Source of the DNA: an uncultured Thermoplasmatales archaeon
GTDB taxonomy: Archaea > Thermoplasmatota > E2 > DHVEG-1
DNA: 64,000 nt
Direction of reading: 5' to 3'
NCBI GenBank assembly: GCA_964612945.1
Contig: CAZTFR010000001.1
Location: forward strand, 24,418-88,417
In this document: in pieces, positions 48,313 through 57,517 of the stretch
How positions within the stretch are numbered: position 1 is the stretch's first letter
Layout of the letters: each line of letters starts with the position of its first letter
Position numbers and translations under genes: made by a program
Notes under the pieces: generated by a model
The model's input: the letters and a program-made list of their open reading frames with translations, nothing else
The model's database searches: none
Told to the model about the DNA's origin: nothing

Positions 48313-48711
48313 GTGCAGATGACAAAACAATCCTATACTTTCGAATATAATGATTATCCGTTAATCCCCATCAAGTTCACTTTTAATGGTCGAGAGACAC
48401 CAATGATTGATGCCTTACTTGACAGCGGTGGCGATTTTATTGTGATCCCTCAAGCAATCGCCGTCTATCTGGGATTAAAACTCGAACAAGCAGGTTGCGT
48501 AGATACTGCGGCAGGGGAAACAAATCTCTGCAGGGCACTTGTTGATCTCACCTTTTATGATAAACATCAAAAGTTCACCTATTCTAATCTTGAAATCCAT
48601 GTCTCTGATAGAAATGATATCCCTGTGCTTCTGGGGAGAAAACCAATTTTTGAGGATTATGAGATAACCTTTAAAAAACATAGCAATCAGCTTATTCTAA
48701 CCCCTGTGTAA
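48313..48711 (+). CDS. retropepsin-like aspartic peptidase (clan AA)
   Basis: ALLDSGGDFIVIP carries the D-S/T-G-A active-site signature. 132 aa, consistent with a homodimeric single-lobe pepsin. Frame starts at GTG immediately after the upstream TGA. Confidence 0.6.
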   Translation: MQMTKQSYTFEYNDYPLIPIKFTFNGRETPMIDALLDSGGDFIVIPQAIAVYLGLKLEQAGCVDTAAGETNLCRALVDLTFYDKHQKFTYSNLEIHVSDRNDIPVLLGRKPIFEDYEITFKKHSNQLILTPV

Positions 48712-48814
48712 ATGACTTTTTTCCACCGCTTCTGTTTCTTGGGGAGTTATAGGGAGAAAATTAGGAGAAGGTTTAAATGTCGGAATATCTATTCCCCTCT
48801 GGAGGTGTGAGATT

Positions 48815-49000
48815 TTGGCCTACACACATGATGGATGGACCCTGTATAAGAGAGATGTAACTTTGAAAGGCGGGCGCCAGCAGACGATTTATTTCTTTAG
48901 TAAGCGAACTCCTAAGAGTGGTACTCCTACCGATATGCCACCAGGATATGCCGTCGGAGTTAACAAACGAACGGGTCTACCGTATCTGAAGAAAAAATAA
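48815..49000 (+). CDS. small conserved-looking hypothetical protein (TTG start)
   Basis: 61 aa. GGAGGTG 7 nt upstream of the TTG start. Basic C-terminus. Confidence 0.3.
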   Translation: MAYTHDGWTLYKRDVTLKGGRQQTIYFFSKRTPKSGTPTDMPPGYAVGVNKRTGLPYLKKK

Positions 49001-49071
49001 GATAAAGCTTATTTTTCTCTTCTTTTTTTCGTATTACGTTGAGAAACAAACATAAGCTTTTTAATAGCTGG

Positions 49072-50250
49072 TTAGGTGATTTTTTTTTGAAAGATTCGAT
49101 AGGTATTTTTGTGTTTTGCTCCTGTTTTTTCAATCATGCGCAGTGATGCACTATTTTTTTCATCAATAGGTCCACAGATTACTGCGGTATACTTTCGTTT
49201 TTTCATTTCTTGTATGATATGATAGGTTAGACGACTCCCAAGTCCTTGTGATCGCGCGTCTTTTTTGATGCCTGCGTAATTCATTCTACCTTTTGTTATG
49301 GCCCGTTGGTTGAGAAAGAAGTGTAGGATTTGCCGGGGTCCAATTTTTCCTTTCATTTGTTGAAAGAGTTGGTTATATTCTGGTGTTGACCAATGAAATG
49401 CTATAGGGTTTCCTTTTTTTTCTGCGACAAGAAACAGATCGGTGTCGATAAACCAGCGTGCTTGTTTTATACCAAAGCGATTTCGTACTTCTTCATCTGA
49501 TGCGGGGACGTATCCCCAATGGGGTGAGAATATTTCTTTTAGTAAGGGTATCCACCATGAGAGTTCTTTATTGGTGTGCCATCGGTTGAATGGTCGAATG
49601 GCTATATTGTTCTGTATTTTGGTGTCTTCTTCTTTTTGTATATCCTTTGGCAGGGGCGATGTTAGATCGAGGTGATACAGATAGAAATCACGGATTTTTT
49701 TCATGCCGTAGTGTTCTGCGAAGAGTGGATAGTATGGCGGGTTATGCAGGCAGAGTAATGGTTGGAGGTTGTCAAATCCTTTGATGAGAAATCCAATACC
49801 ATTGTCGAATCGACCATTTATGGGTCCGATCATCAGGGTGCATTGTTGTTGTTTGAGCCAGTTTTCGGCGGTGTGAAAGAGGGCGGTGGCAACTTCTGGG
49901 TCGTTGATACTTTCAAAGAATCCAAAAAATCCTGTCCGATCTGCTTCTGGGATGGTAAATACATCGTCAACGATTGCGGCGATACGGCCTACGATTGTGT
50001 TGTTTTTCTGTGCAAGATAGAGACGAGCTGAAGCATGTTGCCAGAAGGGGTTTTTGCTTTGAAAAAAAGATTTGTATTCCATCCAGAAGGGAGTTACAAA
50101 GTTTCTATCTTTTTTATAGATTTGTTGTGTGCCGTAGTAAAATGATTTGAACTGAGAATGGGTGTGTACGGGGATGATATTCGTTCCGTTGATGTGGTAT
50201 GTTTGTTCCCAGGGTTTTTTTTGGAAGATGTATCGTGGTTTGAGTGGCAT
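49072..50250 (-). CDS. GNAT-fold acyltransferase-like protein
   Basis: C-terminal RMNYAGIKKDARSQGLGSRLTYHIIQ resembles the GNAT motif A (Q/R-x-x-G-x-G/A). 392 aa, larger than a simple GNAT, possibly a duplicated FemAB-like fold. Confidence 0.4.
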   Translation of the reverse strand: MPLKPRYIFQKKPWEQTYHINGTNIIPVHTHSQFKSFYYGTQQIYKKDRNFVTPFWMEYKSFFQSKNPFWQHASARLYLAQKNNTIVGRIAAIVDDVFTIPEADRTGFFGFFESINDPEVATALFHTAENWLKQQQCTLMIGPINGRFDNGIGFLIKGFDNLQPLLCLHNPPYYPLFAEHYGMKKIRDFYLYHLDLTSPLPKDIQKEEDTKIQNNIAIRPFNRWHTNKELSWWIPLLKEIFSPHWGYVPASDEEVRNRFGIKQARWFIDTDLFLVAEKKGNPIAFHWSTPEYNQLFQQMKGKIGPRQILHFFLNQRAITKGRMNYAGIKKDARSQGLGSRLTYHIIQEMKKRKYTAVICGPIDEKNSASLRMIEKTGAKHKNTYRIFQKKIT

Positions 50251-50434
50251 GTTTGTTCGTTGGAGGATGAAAACTGATGGGTGCTCTTAAGCATCACCTC
50301 CAAGATGCGAGTGCGAATGTTTATATAACAATTGTTTCTTATTATATTGTACTCTAGTTTGTGGGGGCTTTCAGGTAATTTATACTATTTGGATTCACCA
50401 ACGCCATATTGCACTGCTGTTCGTTCTGCTTTTT

Positions 50435-52279
50435 TTGCTACCCTCTGGTTTTTTTCCCATCGGTAGTTCCGTGCCAGATAAGAGTGAACCATGTTATGGG
50501 TTTGTAATTCCTCTTCCTGCAGGGGAGTTTATCGCCGACGAAACGTTAAGGAATAGTCGGATGCGTGAATTAGTAAATGATCTTCTTCGGGATAATGTGT
50601 CTGTCTTTTGGCTTGATCAGAATCTCTCTGTTCTGACCCAGGGGTTATATGATGCTTCTTTGCCGTGTACGCGGAGGTTTAAGCGCGGTGCAGTTGTAGT
50701 TCCATTTTCAGGGGAGAATCTGTCTGATTCGATGGTTATTTCGGTAGTCTATGATTATAATATGACCTCTGAGATATCGGATTCTTCGTATCAGGTGCCA
50801 GTATTTTGTTTACGCGAGCCGGTATGCATGAAGGCGATGAAGCTTGTTGAACCTCGTATAGCTCAGTATTTTGGTGCTTCAACCCGGTATGGACTTCCCG
50901 TGTATCTCTGGGTTGCAGAAGCTGGTGGTTTTTTTAGTTTTGAGTTTCTCCTTGATCACGAGACACCGTCGGACCTTGATATTGAGTCATATAACGTGTT
51001 TATGTGGCCGTATCGTCCGCATCTTAGCTCTAATGTTGAAACTGTTCGCAGTCTTACAAATACACGAATCTGTAATGCGGTTCGGTCTTTTGTGTCCTCA
51101 GGTGGCGGATATATTGGATCATGTTATGGTGCTGCTGCTGCTTCTGCAGGTTTTCTCCGTCCGGTTCCTATATTTTCTCTTCGACATTTCTATCTTCCAC
51201 GTCTTTATCGCCGTCATCCCTTTGTAAGTTTTTCTCTGAGTGATACCGTGATGAGTCAGTCGTATCTTGTTTTACAAAATGCCTATGTGTCTCATTCAGA
51301 AGTTGCGGAGAGCGCTCATCCTCTTGTTGCAGGTATTAATAGAACGGTCACAGAGTTTTTTACCGGTCCCTGGTTTGTCTGGCTGGGCGATGCTACTCAG
51401 ACGCATGCGGTGTTTTCTGAATTTGAGTTCAATCAGTCCATTAGTCCACCGCTTGCCGCCTTTCGGAAAATACAGGGGACTCCTTCGTGGGTGTCCTCAC
51501 AGTTTGGTGATGGTCGGGTGGTCTTATTCAGTAGTCATCCAGAGTTTGTAAATAATATCAGTTTTCTGTTAGAGAGATATAACTGGCAGGGTGATCCTTT
51601 TAGTGGTCGGCGGGTTGTGCATAATGCGTTATGGTATGTTACTGGGCAGCAGGCAGCAGATTGTAAGGCAGTTATCAGCCAGCCTATTGCCTTTGTTTCC
51701 TCTGTTTGTATGAAAACAAGAAACCTTGATATTTCTTACTCACAGGATGATATTTTTGAAAAGATTCATCGTCAAATCATCGAGATGAATCACAATATTT
51801 CACAGATGTATAATCAATCCCGCCGGTTGCTACAACTCTATATTACAAGATTTGACAATACTGTTTTTGCATCAAAAGCAGGTATTCATTCGTACATTGG
51901 AAACCTCTGTAAAGATTATGTTCGCTGGAATAATAAAACGCAGCAGACCTTACAAGTGCTTAACAGTATCTTGCAGAACACTGATGGCTATGAGAATCGG
52001 ATGGGAGAACTTGATACCTTACTTCATGATTTACAGACATATATTTTCGACGCGGGGTGTGTTATTCAAGACGTTTTTGAGAGAGGTAATAGACTTGAGA
52101 AGAGATTTGGTAGTAGTCAGTTTCTATTCTCATCGCTGTATCTGTTTTCACAATCTCGGACTCTGTTACGGACTTTTCACATTGTTTTAAAATATCTTCC
52201 GCAGATGTACTTTTCATCAGAAAAATTCATGCGAACCATTTGGCATTCGTATGAAGCATCTATGGGAATAGCATCGTAA
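50435..52279 (+). CDS. hypothetical protein with class-I glutamine-amidotransferase-like (BPL_N-like) N-domain
   Basis: SGGGYIGSCYGAAAASAGF and VVLFSSHPE resemble the BPL_N/GATase1-like fold. C-terminal about 200 aa helical. Frame begins with TTG, so the true start is uncertain. Pyrimidine (T)-rich coding strand. Confidence 0.35.
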   Translation: MLPSGFFPIGSSVPDKSEPCYGFVIPLPAGEFIADETLRNSRMRELVNDLLRDNVSVFWLDQNLSVLTQGLYDASLPCTRRFKRGAVVVPFSGENLSDSMVISVVYDYNMTSEISDSSYQVPVFCLREPVCMKAMKLVEPRIAQYFGASTRYGLPVYLWVAEAGGFFSFEFLLDHETPSDLDIESYNVFMWPYRPHLSSNVETVRSLTNTRICNAVRSFVSSGGGYIGSCYGAAAASAGFLRPVPIFSLRHFYLPRLYRRHPFVSFSLSDTVMSQSYLVLQNAYVSHSEVAESAHPLVAGINRTVTEFFTGPWFVWLGDATQTHAVFSEFEFNQSISPPLAAFRKIQGTPSWVSSQFGDGRVVLFSSHPEFVNNISFLLERYNWQGDPFSGRRVVHNALWYVTGQQAADCKAVISQPIAFVSSVCMKTRNLDISYSQDDIFEKIHRQIIEMNHNISQMYNQSRRLLQLYITRFDNTVFASKAGIHSYIGNLCKDYVRWNNKTQQTLQVLNSILQNTDGYENRMGELDTLLHDLQTYIFDAGCVIQDVFERGNRLEKRFGSSQFLFSSLYLFSQSRTLLRTFHIVLKYLPQMYFSSEKFMRTIWHSYEASMGIAS

Positions 52280-53222
52280 CGATGTTTGCTGTCCAATTGT
52301 CCTTTCTCTCTTTGCAGGGGGAAGAAGTGATTCTTTTACCATGGTGTATAATCAATATAACTGTCCCCGCATTTGGTACAGACCATGCGGATATATTGAC
52401 CATCGAATCCCACTACAACATAGAGATGGTTACACGGTGGTTGCATCTCCATGGATTCACCCAAAGTATTTTATCACTCATTATTTATATATGTTTCCCC
52501 CATAGTAACGAATAAGAACACGCGTAACATATCAGTGAATTCAGAGTGTCAAATCGCTCTCTAAAAGAAATATCTTCCCGGAGGATGCTGACTGTTAGAA
52601 AAGACAACAGAGCGTCTCTTTGTTCACTATCTGTCTAGATTTTTTTTTTCCCAGGGGGAGGGCTGGTAAAATCTCATGTGTTTTAGGTTAATCCACGTAC
52701 TGAAAAAATTGGACGTGATTTTTCAGCGGCATCATATTCATCTGTTGCCTTTTCTTCACACTTCGGATCAGCTTTTTCCACAAGTTGTGGATGCTCATAC
52801 TTTTGAGTTAATGTTCTCATTCGATGACTAATATAGGAGATATTCAGGATGAACTGAATGTCTTCTATCTCGTCCATATCCGCAGATACACCACCTATAA
52901 CTATTTGATCTTTCATCATACTTAACATGTGTTAACCGATATTTATATTAGTTTCGTTTGTACCAAAAAATAATCCGCACAGACGGAAACTATATTAAGG
53001 GGTTTATACAATTGGGATTTTGTGGGGTCTAGGTAAAAACATACGTTTTTCACTATACTAATTTCATTTCAATCTTTCCTCCCGAAATGAACGCTAGGCC
53101 CCATTCCTTCTGACCCATTGTTTTTTTGTCTACACAATTCTTAAAAAAGTATAGCAACATAACCCCTGTGAAATTTTTTTCAAAAGCCGTTCAGGGGACA
53201 CGGTATCGCAGGACAAAGGACA

Positions 53223-53987
53223 ATGAAAACAAAAATTGCTGAGACTCCAACAGCCGTCAAATCACTCAATTTTATTCAGACCTTTCATCAGAAAAAACCA
53301 GAGAAAACCTCACTTATCGTCATTGGAGATTGCATGGTTGATTATCGGGGGCGAGCACAATCGTTTCTTGATTGGGGGGAACGTATATTGCTTATCAAAC
53401 AAGATGAAACCGTTCTTGTTCACCGACCAACTATGCGTGAACCGGTCAACTGGCAGCCCGCAGGATCGACAACCTCGTGGAAGGTTGAAAACAACCGTTT
53501 GGTCCTTCGCTGTCGCCATTCCCAGCCACCGGAAAAAATGAAAGTCGTTTTCCGATCGCAAATCGCATTGCTGGTCACGTCTCTTTGTGATCAAGCACAG
53601 CTTGCAATCGCAGGCATGGAAGTTGATGTGGTCAATCAGATTATTTGTGATCCAAAGGTTATCGAGGAGGGCCTACGGATTAACAAACGGGAAAAACAGG
53701 TAAAATCAGGTATGATCGATCTGTATGGATATGACAAAAATCATACCCCTGTGGTCATAGAGGTAAAACGCAGCCTTGCCACCATTAGTGCGGTACATCA
53801 ACTTCGCATGTATGTCAATGACATCAAAAACGATGTCAAAGAAGCAGAAGTGCGAGGGATTCTTTGTGCACCCAAAGTTCCAGATATGGTCAAACATTTA
53901 CTTTCCGACTATGGTCTTGAATGGCAAGAAGTTGAACGACAGGTTATTCTCCCGGATGATTTTCAAAAAACCCTACAAGATTTTTAA
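53223..53987 (+). CDS. nucS: endonuclease NucS/EndoMS (mismatch-specific RecB-like nuclease)
   Basis: VDYRGRAQS and REPVNWQPAGS N-domain. C-terminal IDLYGYDKNHTPVVIEVKR PD-(D/E)xK core. Confidence 0.85.
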   Translation: MKTKIAETPTAVKSLNFIQTFHQKKPEKTSLIVIGDCMVDYRGRAQSFLDWGERILLIKQDETVLVHRPTMREPVNWQPAGSTTSWKVENNRLVLRCRHSQPPEKMKVVFRSQIALLVTSLCDQAQLAIAGMEVDVVNQIICDPKVIEEGLRINKREKQVKSGMIDLYGYDKNHTPVVIEVKRSLATISAVHQLRMYVNDIKNDVKEAEVRGILCAPKVPDMVKHLLSDYGLEWQEVERQVILPDDFQKTLQDF

Positions 53988-55526
53988 CCGTGCTTCAATA
54001 AATGAGAAGAGTTGTTGGAGAACGTGAAAGATGCGACTGTGTTGCTGTGGTATCACTGAGTGATGCGGCATGCTTACCGAACGAGTACTCCATTCACTTT
54101 CAAATTGAGAGCTGTCTCTTGCTTTCACCCGTATAGTAAAGGATCCTTCTTCATCCCAGGTATGGGTAAAGAGTACTTCTTCTCCTGAATCATATTCTCC
54201 CTGCCAGTCCAAAAAGGTATTGTCCCCCCAATCAATATAATAGGAGAGCTGATCCTCATCGGGATCTATTGATGATATCGTAAACTGATAGGGTGTATTA
54301 ACCTCTCCTTCAACCGGTCCTTTTATTTGTGGAGAACTCGGAGCAGCTCCTTGATTGAACTGGTCGATGACAACCTTGGTAGGGCCATATCCTACAGGGT
54401 ATTCTCGTCTATCTTCAAATTCGGCTTTATCTGTTGCATAGAGAACAGATACGGATTTATTCACCCCAAAATTTGCCACTACTAAATCTGCAAATTTATC
54501 ACCATTCAAATACTCTGTAGTAACCCCCCAAGGATTGTTGCCTACAGGGTATGATAGATGATTCTTAAAGCTTCCATCTCCAACTCCTTTATAAATACAA
54601 ATTTTGTTGTGGTAGCTATCGGTAAACGCAATATCTCGAATTGTATCCTGATCAAAGTCTTCTACACAAAAACACTTCGGAACTCCCGTTAGGTCTGTAA
54701 TAATAGGGTCAGAAAATACAAACTGTCCATCTCCCAGATACACGGTTAGGGGTCCATCAAAATATTTATTGAGTACAGCAATATCTTGATACTCATCATT
54801 ATTGTAATCCTGTATTTCGATGTGTTCTGGATATAATCCCTCACTCGGTAACTGAGCGACTTGTGTAAAATTCCCTGTTCCATCTCCTTTAAAAACGATA
54901 ATTTCTGCCACATCATAATCAGTTACTACAAGATCGAGACAGTCGTCATTATTTAGATCACCACTTGTAAGTGCATAAGGACAATCCCCTGCTGAAATAT
55001 TATAATAGTAAGAAAATGTACCGGTTCCATCTCCTAAAAAGATACGGATCTGTTCCTCATAACAAAGGGTGGTAAGTAAATCAAGGTATCCATCTTGGTT
55101 GACATCAAAAGTTATTATTTCTTGGGGATAACGTCCGCCAGTAAATGTTTGATGTTTGGTAAATGCACCCTGACCATCACCAAGAAGAATTGTGATCAAA
55201 CCATCTACAATATCACAAACAGCAATATCGTTTTTTAAATCTGCATTGAAATCACCAGCGCAGATACCCAGTGCTAAACCTTCTGTGGTATAATTCACAA
55301 CTCTATGAAATCCATCATTTTGATCATTCAGAAGGATTCCCACACTTTCCCAGTTCGTGTTGAGAACAGCAATATCAACATAATTATCTTTTGGAAGATG
55401 TGTTGAAGAAGGTAATTGGTAGTCCTGTTGATCTGTGTCTGAAAATGCACATTGTGACAGACCCTGCACGCTCAAGCTTATCGTTAATAAGAATATGATA
55501 CAGAGAGGATAGGTTTGTTTATTCAT
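53973..55526 (-). CDS. secreted FG-GAP/VCBS-repeat beta-propeller protein
   Basis: Signal peptide MNKQTYPLCIIFLLTISLSVQG. Repeated DxNxDGxxD-type motifs (DFNADLKNDIAV, DVNQDGYLDLL, DLNNDDCLDLVV, DYNNDEYQDIAV). Start taken at internal Met 55526. Confidence 0.6.
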   Translation of the reverse strand: MNKQTYPLCIIFLLTISLSVQGLSQCAFSDTDQQDYQLPSSTHLPKDNYVDIAVLNTNWESVGILLNDQNDGFHRVVNYTTEGLALGICAGDFNADLKNDIAVCDIVDGLITILLGDGQGAFTKHQTFTGGRYPQEIITFDVNQDGYLDLLTTLCYEEQIRIFLGDGTGTFSYYYNISAGDCPYALTSGDLNNDDCLDLVVTDYDVAEIIVFKGDGTGNFTQVAQLPSEGLYPEHIEIQDYNNDEYQDIAVLNKYFDGPLTVYLGDGQFVFSDPIITDLTGVPKCFCVEDFDQDTIRDIAFTDSYHNKICIYKGVGDGSFKNHLSYPVGNNPWGVTTEYLNGDKFADLVVANFGVNKSVSVLYATDKAEFEDRREYPVGYGPTKVVIDQFNQGAAPSSPQIKGPVEGEVNTPYQFTISSIDPDEDQLSYYIDWGDNTFLDWQGEYDSGEEVLFTHTWDEEGSFTIRVKARDSSQFESEWSTRSVSMPHHSVIPQQHSRIFHVLQQLFSFIEARLKIL

Positions 55527-55625
55527 TCTCGTATGCCCCTGTCTATTAATAGTATCTATTCTAATATATAAACATTTACGTAAAAATATATAAAAATCAA
55601 ATACTATGTATAGCACTACATCATT

Positions 55626-56716
55626 TTACGATACCGCTGCAAGATCAATCGCATTATACGCACAGACCTCATGACAACAATAACACCTGATACATTTCGA
55701 ATAATCAACTGTTGAAATATCCTTCAGTTCAATTGCATCACATGGACAAATCTTCACACATTCTCCGCATCGCACGCATTTCTCCGTTGGCAGAGGACTT
55801 CGACTCGTTTGTTTTTTTCCAGTTAATAAATATCCTGCTGTAGAAGGTAACTTGAAACCCTCAAAGCTGACTTCTTGCGGAAAAAGTAAGGGATACTCAA
55901 TTTGTTGGGGCCAGAGTTTTCGAAGCTTAGCCTGTTTGAGCGTGGGTACGCCCATCGGCTCAATTCCAAGTATCTGACATACCGCGCGATAAAGGGCGAC
56001 GGGATTTTCGGATGCCAACAACACACCGATATCGGCGGGATCACTCCCCTGATGGTCCATTTCCCGGCATACCAACAATACCATCCATAATCACCAGATC
56101 AGGAAGTATTATCTCAAGGATATCCAAGAGCATATCTGCAAACGCACTCCGGCGGATATAAGTGGAGTGATACCAAACCTTGGTAAGACCAGAGACACCA
56201 CCATACATAATCTTTGTGGCAAGCGTCATCATCAGTGAATGCGTCTTCAGCTTTGGAAGTGCAATAATGACATCTGCATCTAAGATAAAGCGACCAATCG
56301 GTGCTTTTTTTAGCTTTTTTCCCTCTGGGAGCGGCATGGTTTTTGAGCGCGTATCATAATTCAGCTTAATACCCAACTCATCTGAAAGCGTTTTCAAACC
56401 AGATTTTTTATACGTTTTCTGCAGACGACGTTTCGTAAACGGACCTGATGGGGAATCACCGATCACCGGTACAACCACCCACCTGGAGAACCGATTTGGC
56501 AACAGCACCCGCCACTGCAGGATGCGTTACCATCTGTTTCTCCGGCTCTATGGCATTTAACAAATTCGTTTTTAATACAACATGATCGCCAGACTTAACA
56601 AAATGATCCATTCCTTCTAATAGATCTAAAAGTGAGGTGAGAGCAATATCTTCATATGATGATCTTTGGATACAAACCGTTGCGGTTGATGAAAAATCTG
56701 CTGAAGGCATATACAA
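55626..56716 (-). pseudogene. DUF362 domain protein fused to 2x[4Fe-4S] ferredoxin, interrupted by two frameshifts
   Basis: Three successive overlapping minus-strand ORFs (56456..56716, 56041..56508, 55626..56084) read as N-terminal, middle and C-terminal parts of one DUF362+ferredoxin protein (VVLKTNLL...THPAVAGAV / VIGDSPSGP...DGIVGMPGNGPSG / DPADIGVLLASENPVAL...CVRCGECVKICPCDAIE). Confidence 0.55.
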
Positions 56717-56783
56717 AAAGGGATTCCAACGTCCTTAATAAATGGGAAGGATCCAATATTATTATAGTAGAAAGATGGTATAT

Positions 56784-57479
56784 TTATTCTGTTATGTGAT
56801 ACCTCGATTTTAGTTTTCGTGCCCAGTATATGAATGGTGTATCAAACCCAGCTACAATCACCTTAAGGAGAAGTGAAGTGAGAAAAATCTGCAAGATGAT
56901 TCCCCAAGAAAAAACACCAACAAAAGCAATAAGGGTAAAAATTGTGTTATCTATCAATTGACTGGAGAGGGTAGAAAGATTATTTCTCACCCACAGATTT
57001 TGAGATTTTTGTTTTTCCTTCAGTTTTGAAAAGATCCATACATCATGATGTTGTGAAATCAAGTACGCAATCAAACTTGCAACCGTAATACGTGGGAGAA
57101 ACTCAAAAATCGCAGCAAGATGAGAACTCAAAAAATCAGATTCATCTGGGACAAACTGAAGTGTTATCTGCATCACAACCGTAGTTGCAATAAGAACAAA
57201 AAACCCAATCCATACTGCATTTTGCGCATCCTTTTTTGAATGATTTTCATTCAGGATATCTGTCACTAGAAAAAGCGAGGAATAAATCACATTTCCAAGT
57301 GCAGTAACAAGTCCAAATATCTCAATGGTTTTCATCACTTGTATGTTTGCAAGGATCACCGCGGTGGCAGTCCAAATATACAGGCCGGTTTTTCCAAAGA
57401 GACGATAGGCGATAATCACAATTAGAAAGCCACTGATAAGCAGACCAAACCATAAGAGTTCATTGATCATTTCCGCCAC
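56784..57479 (-). CDS. yhhQ: queuosine-precursor transporter (YhhQ/DUF165 family)
   Basis: 231 aa, 6 TM helices. LFLVTDILNE and VRNNLSTLSSQLIDNTIFTLIAF match YhhQ family signatures. Confidence 0.65.
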   Translation of the reverse strand: MAEMINELLWFGLLISGFLIVIIAYRLFGKTGLYIWTATAVILANIQVMKTIEIFGLVTALGNVIYSSLFLVTDILNENHSKKDAQNAVWIGFFVLIATTVVMQITLQFVPDESDFLSSHLAAIFEFLPRITVASLIAYLISQHHDVWIFSKLKEKQKSQNLWVRNNLSTLSSQLIDNTIFTLIAFVGVFSWGIILQIFLTSLLLKVIVAGFDTPFIYWARKLKSRYHITE

Positions 57480-57517
57480 GAAAATATTTAACTCACTATT
57501 ATTGTTTCGATTCCTGT

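Noticed and set aside
46138-49000. Possibility that the tRNA-Lys marks an integrated mobile element, with small hypothetical genes downstream
   Set aside because: No integrase, transposase or recombinase, and no direct repeat of the tRNA 3' end found by eye. The region contains core genes (L41e, a second tRNA), so it is more likely a native small-gene neighbourhood.
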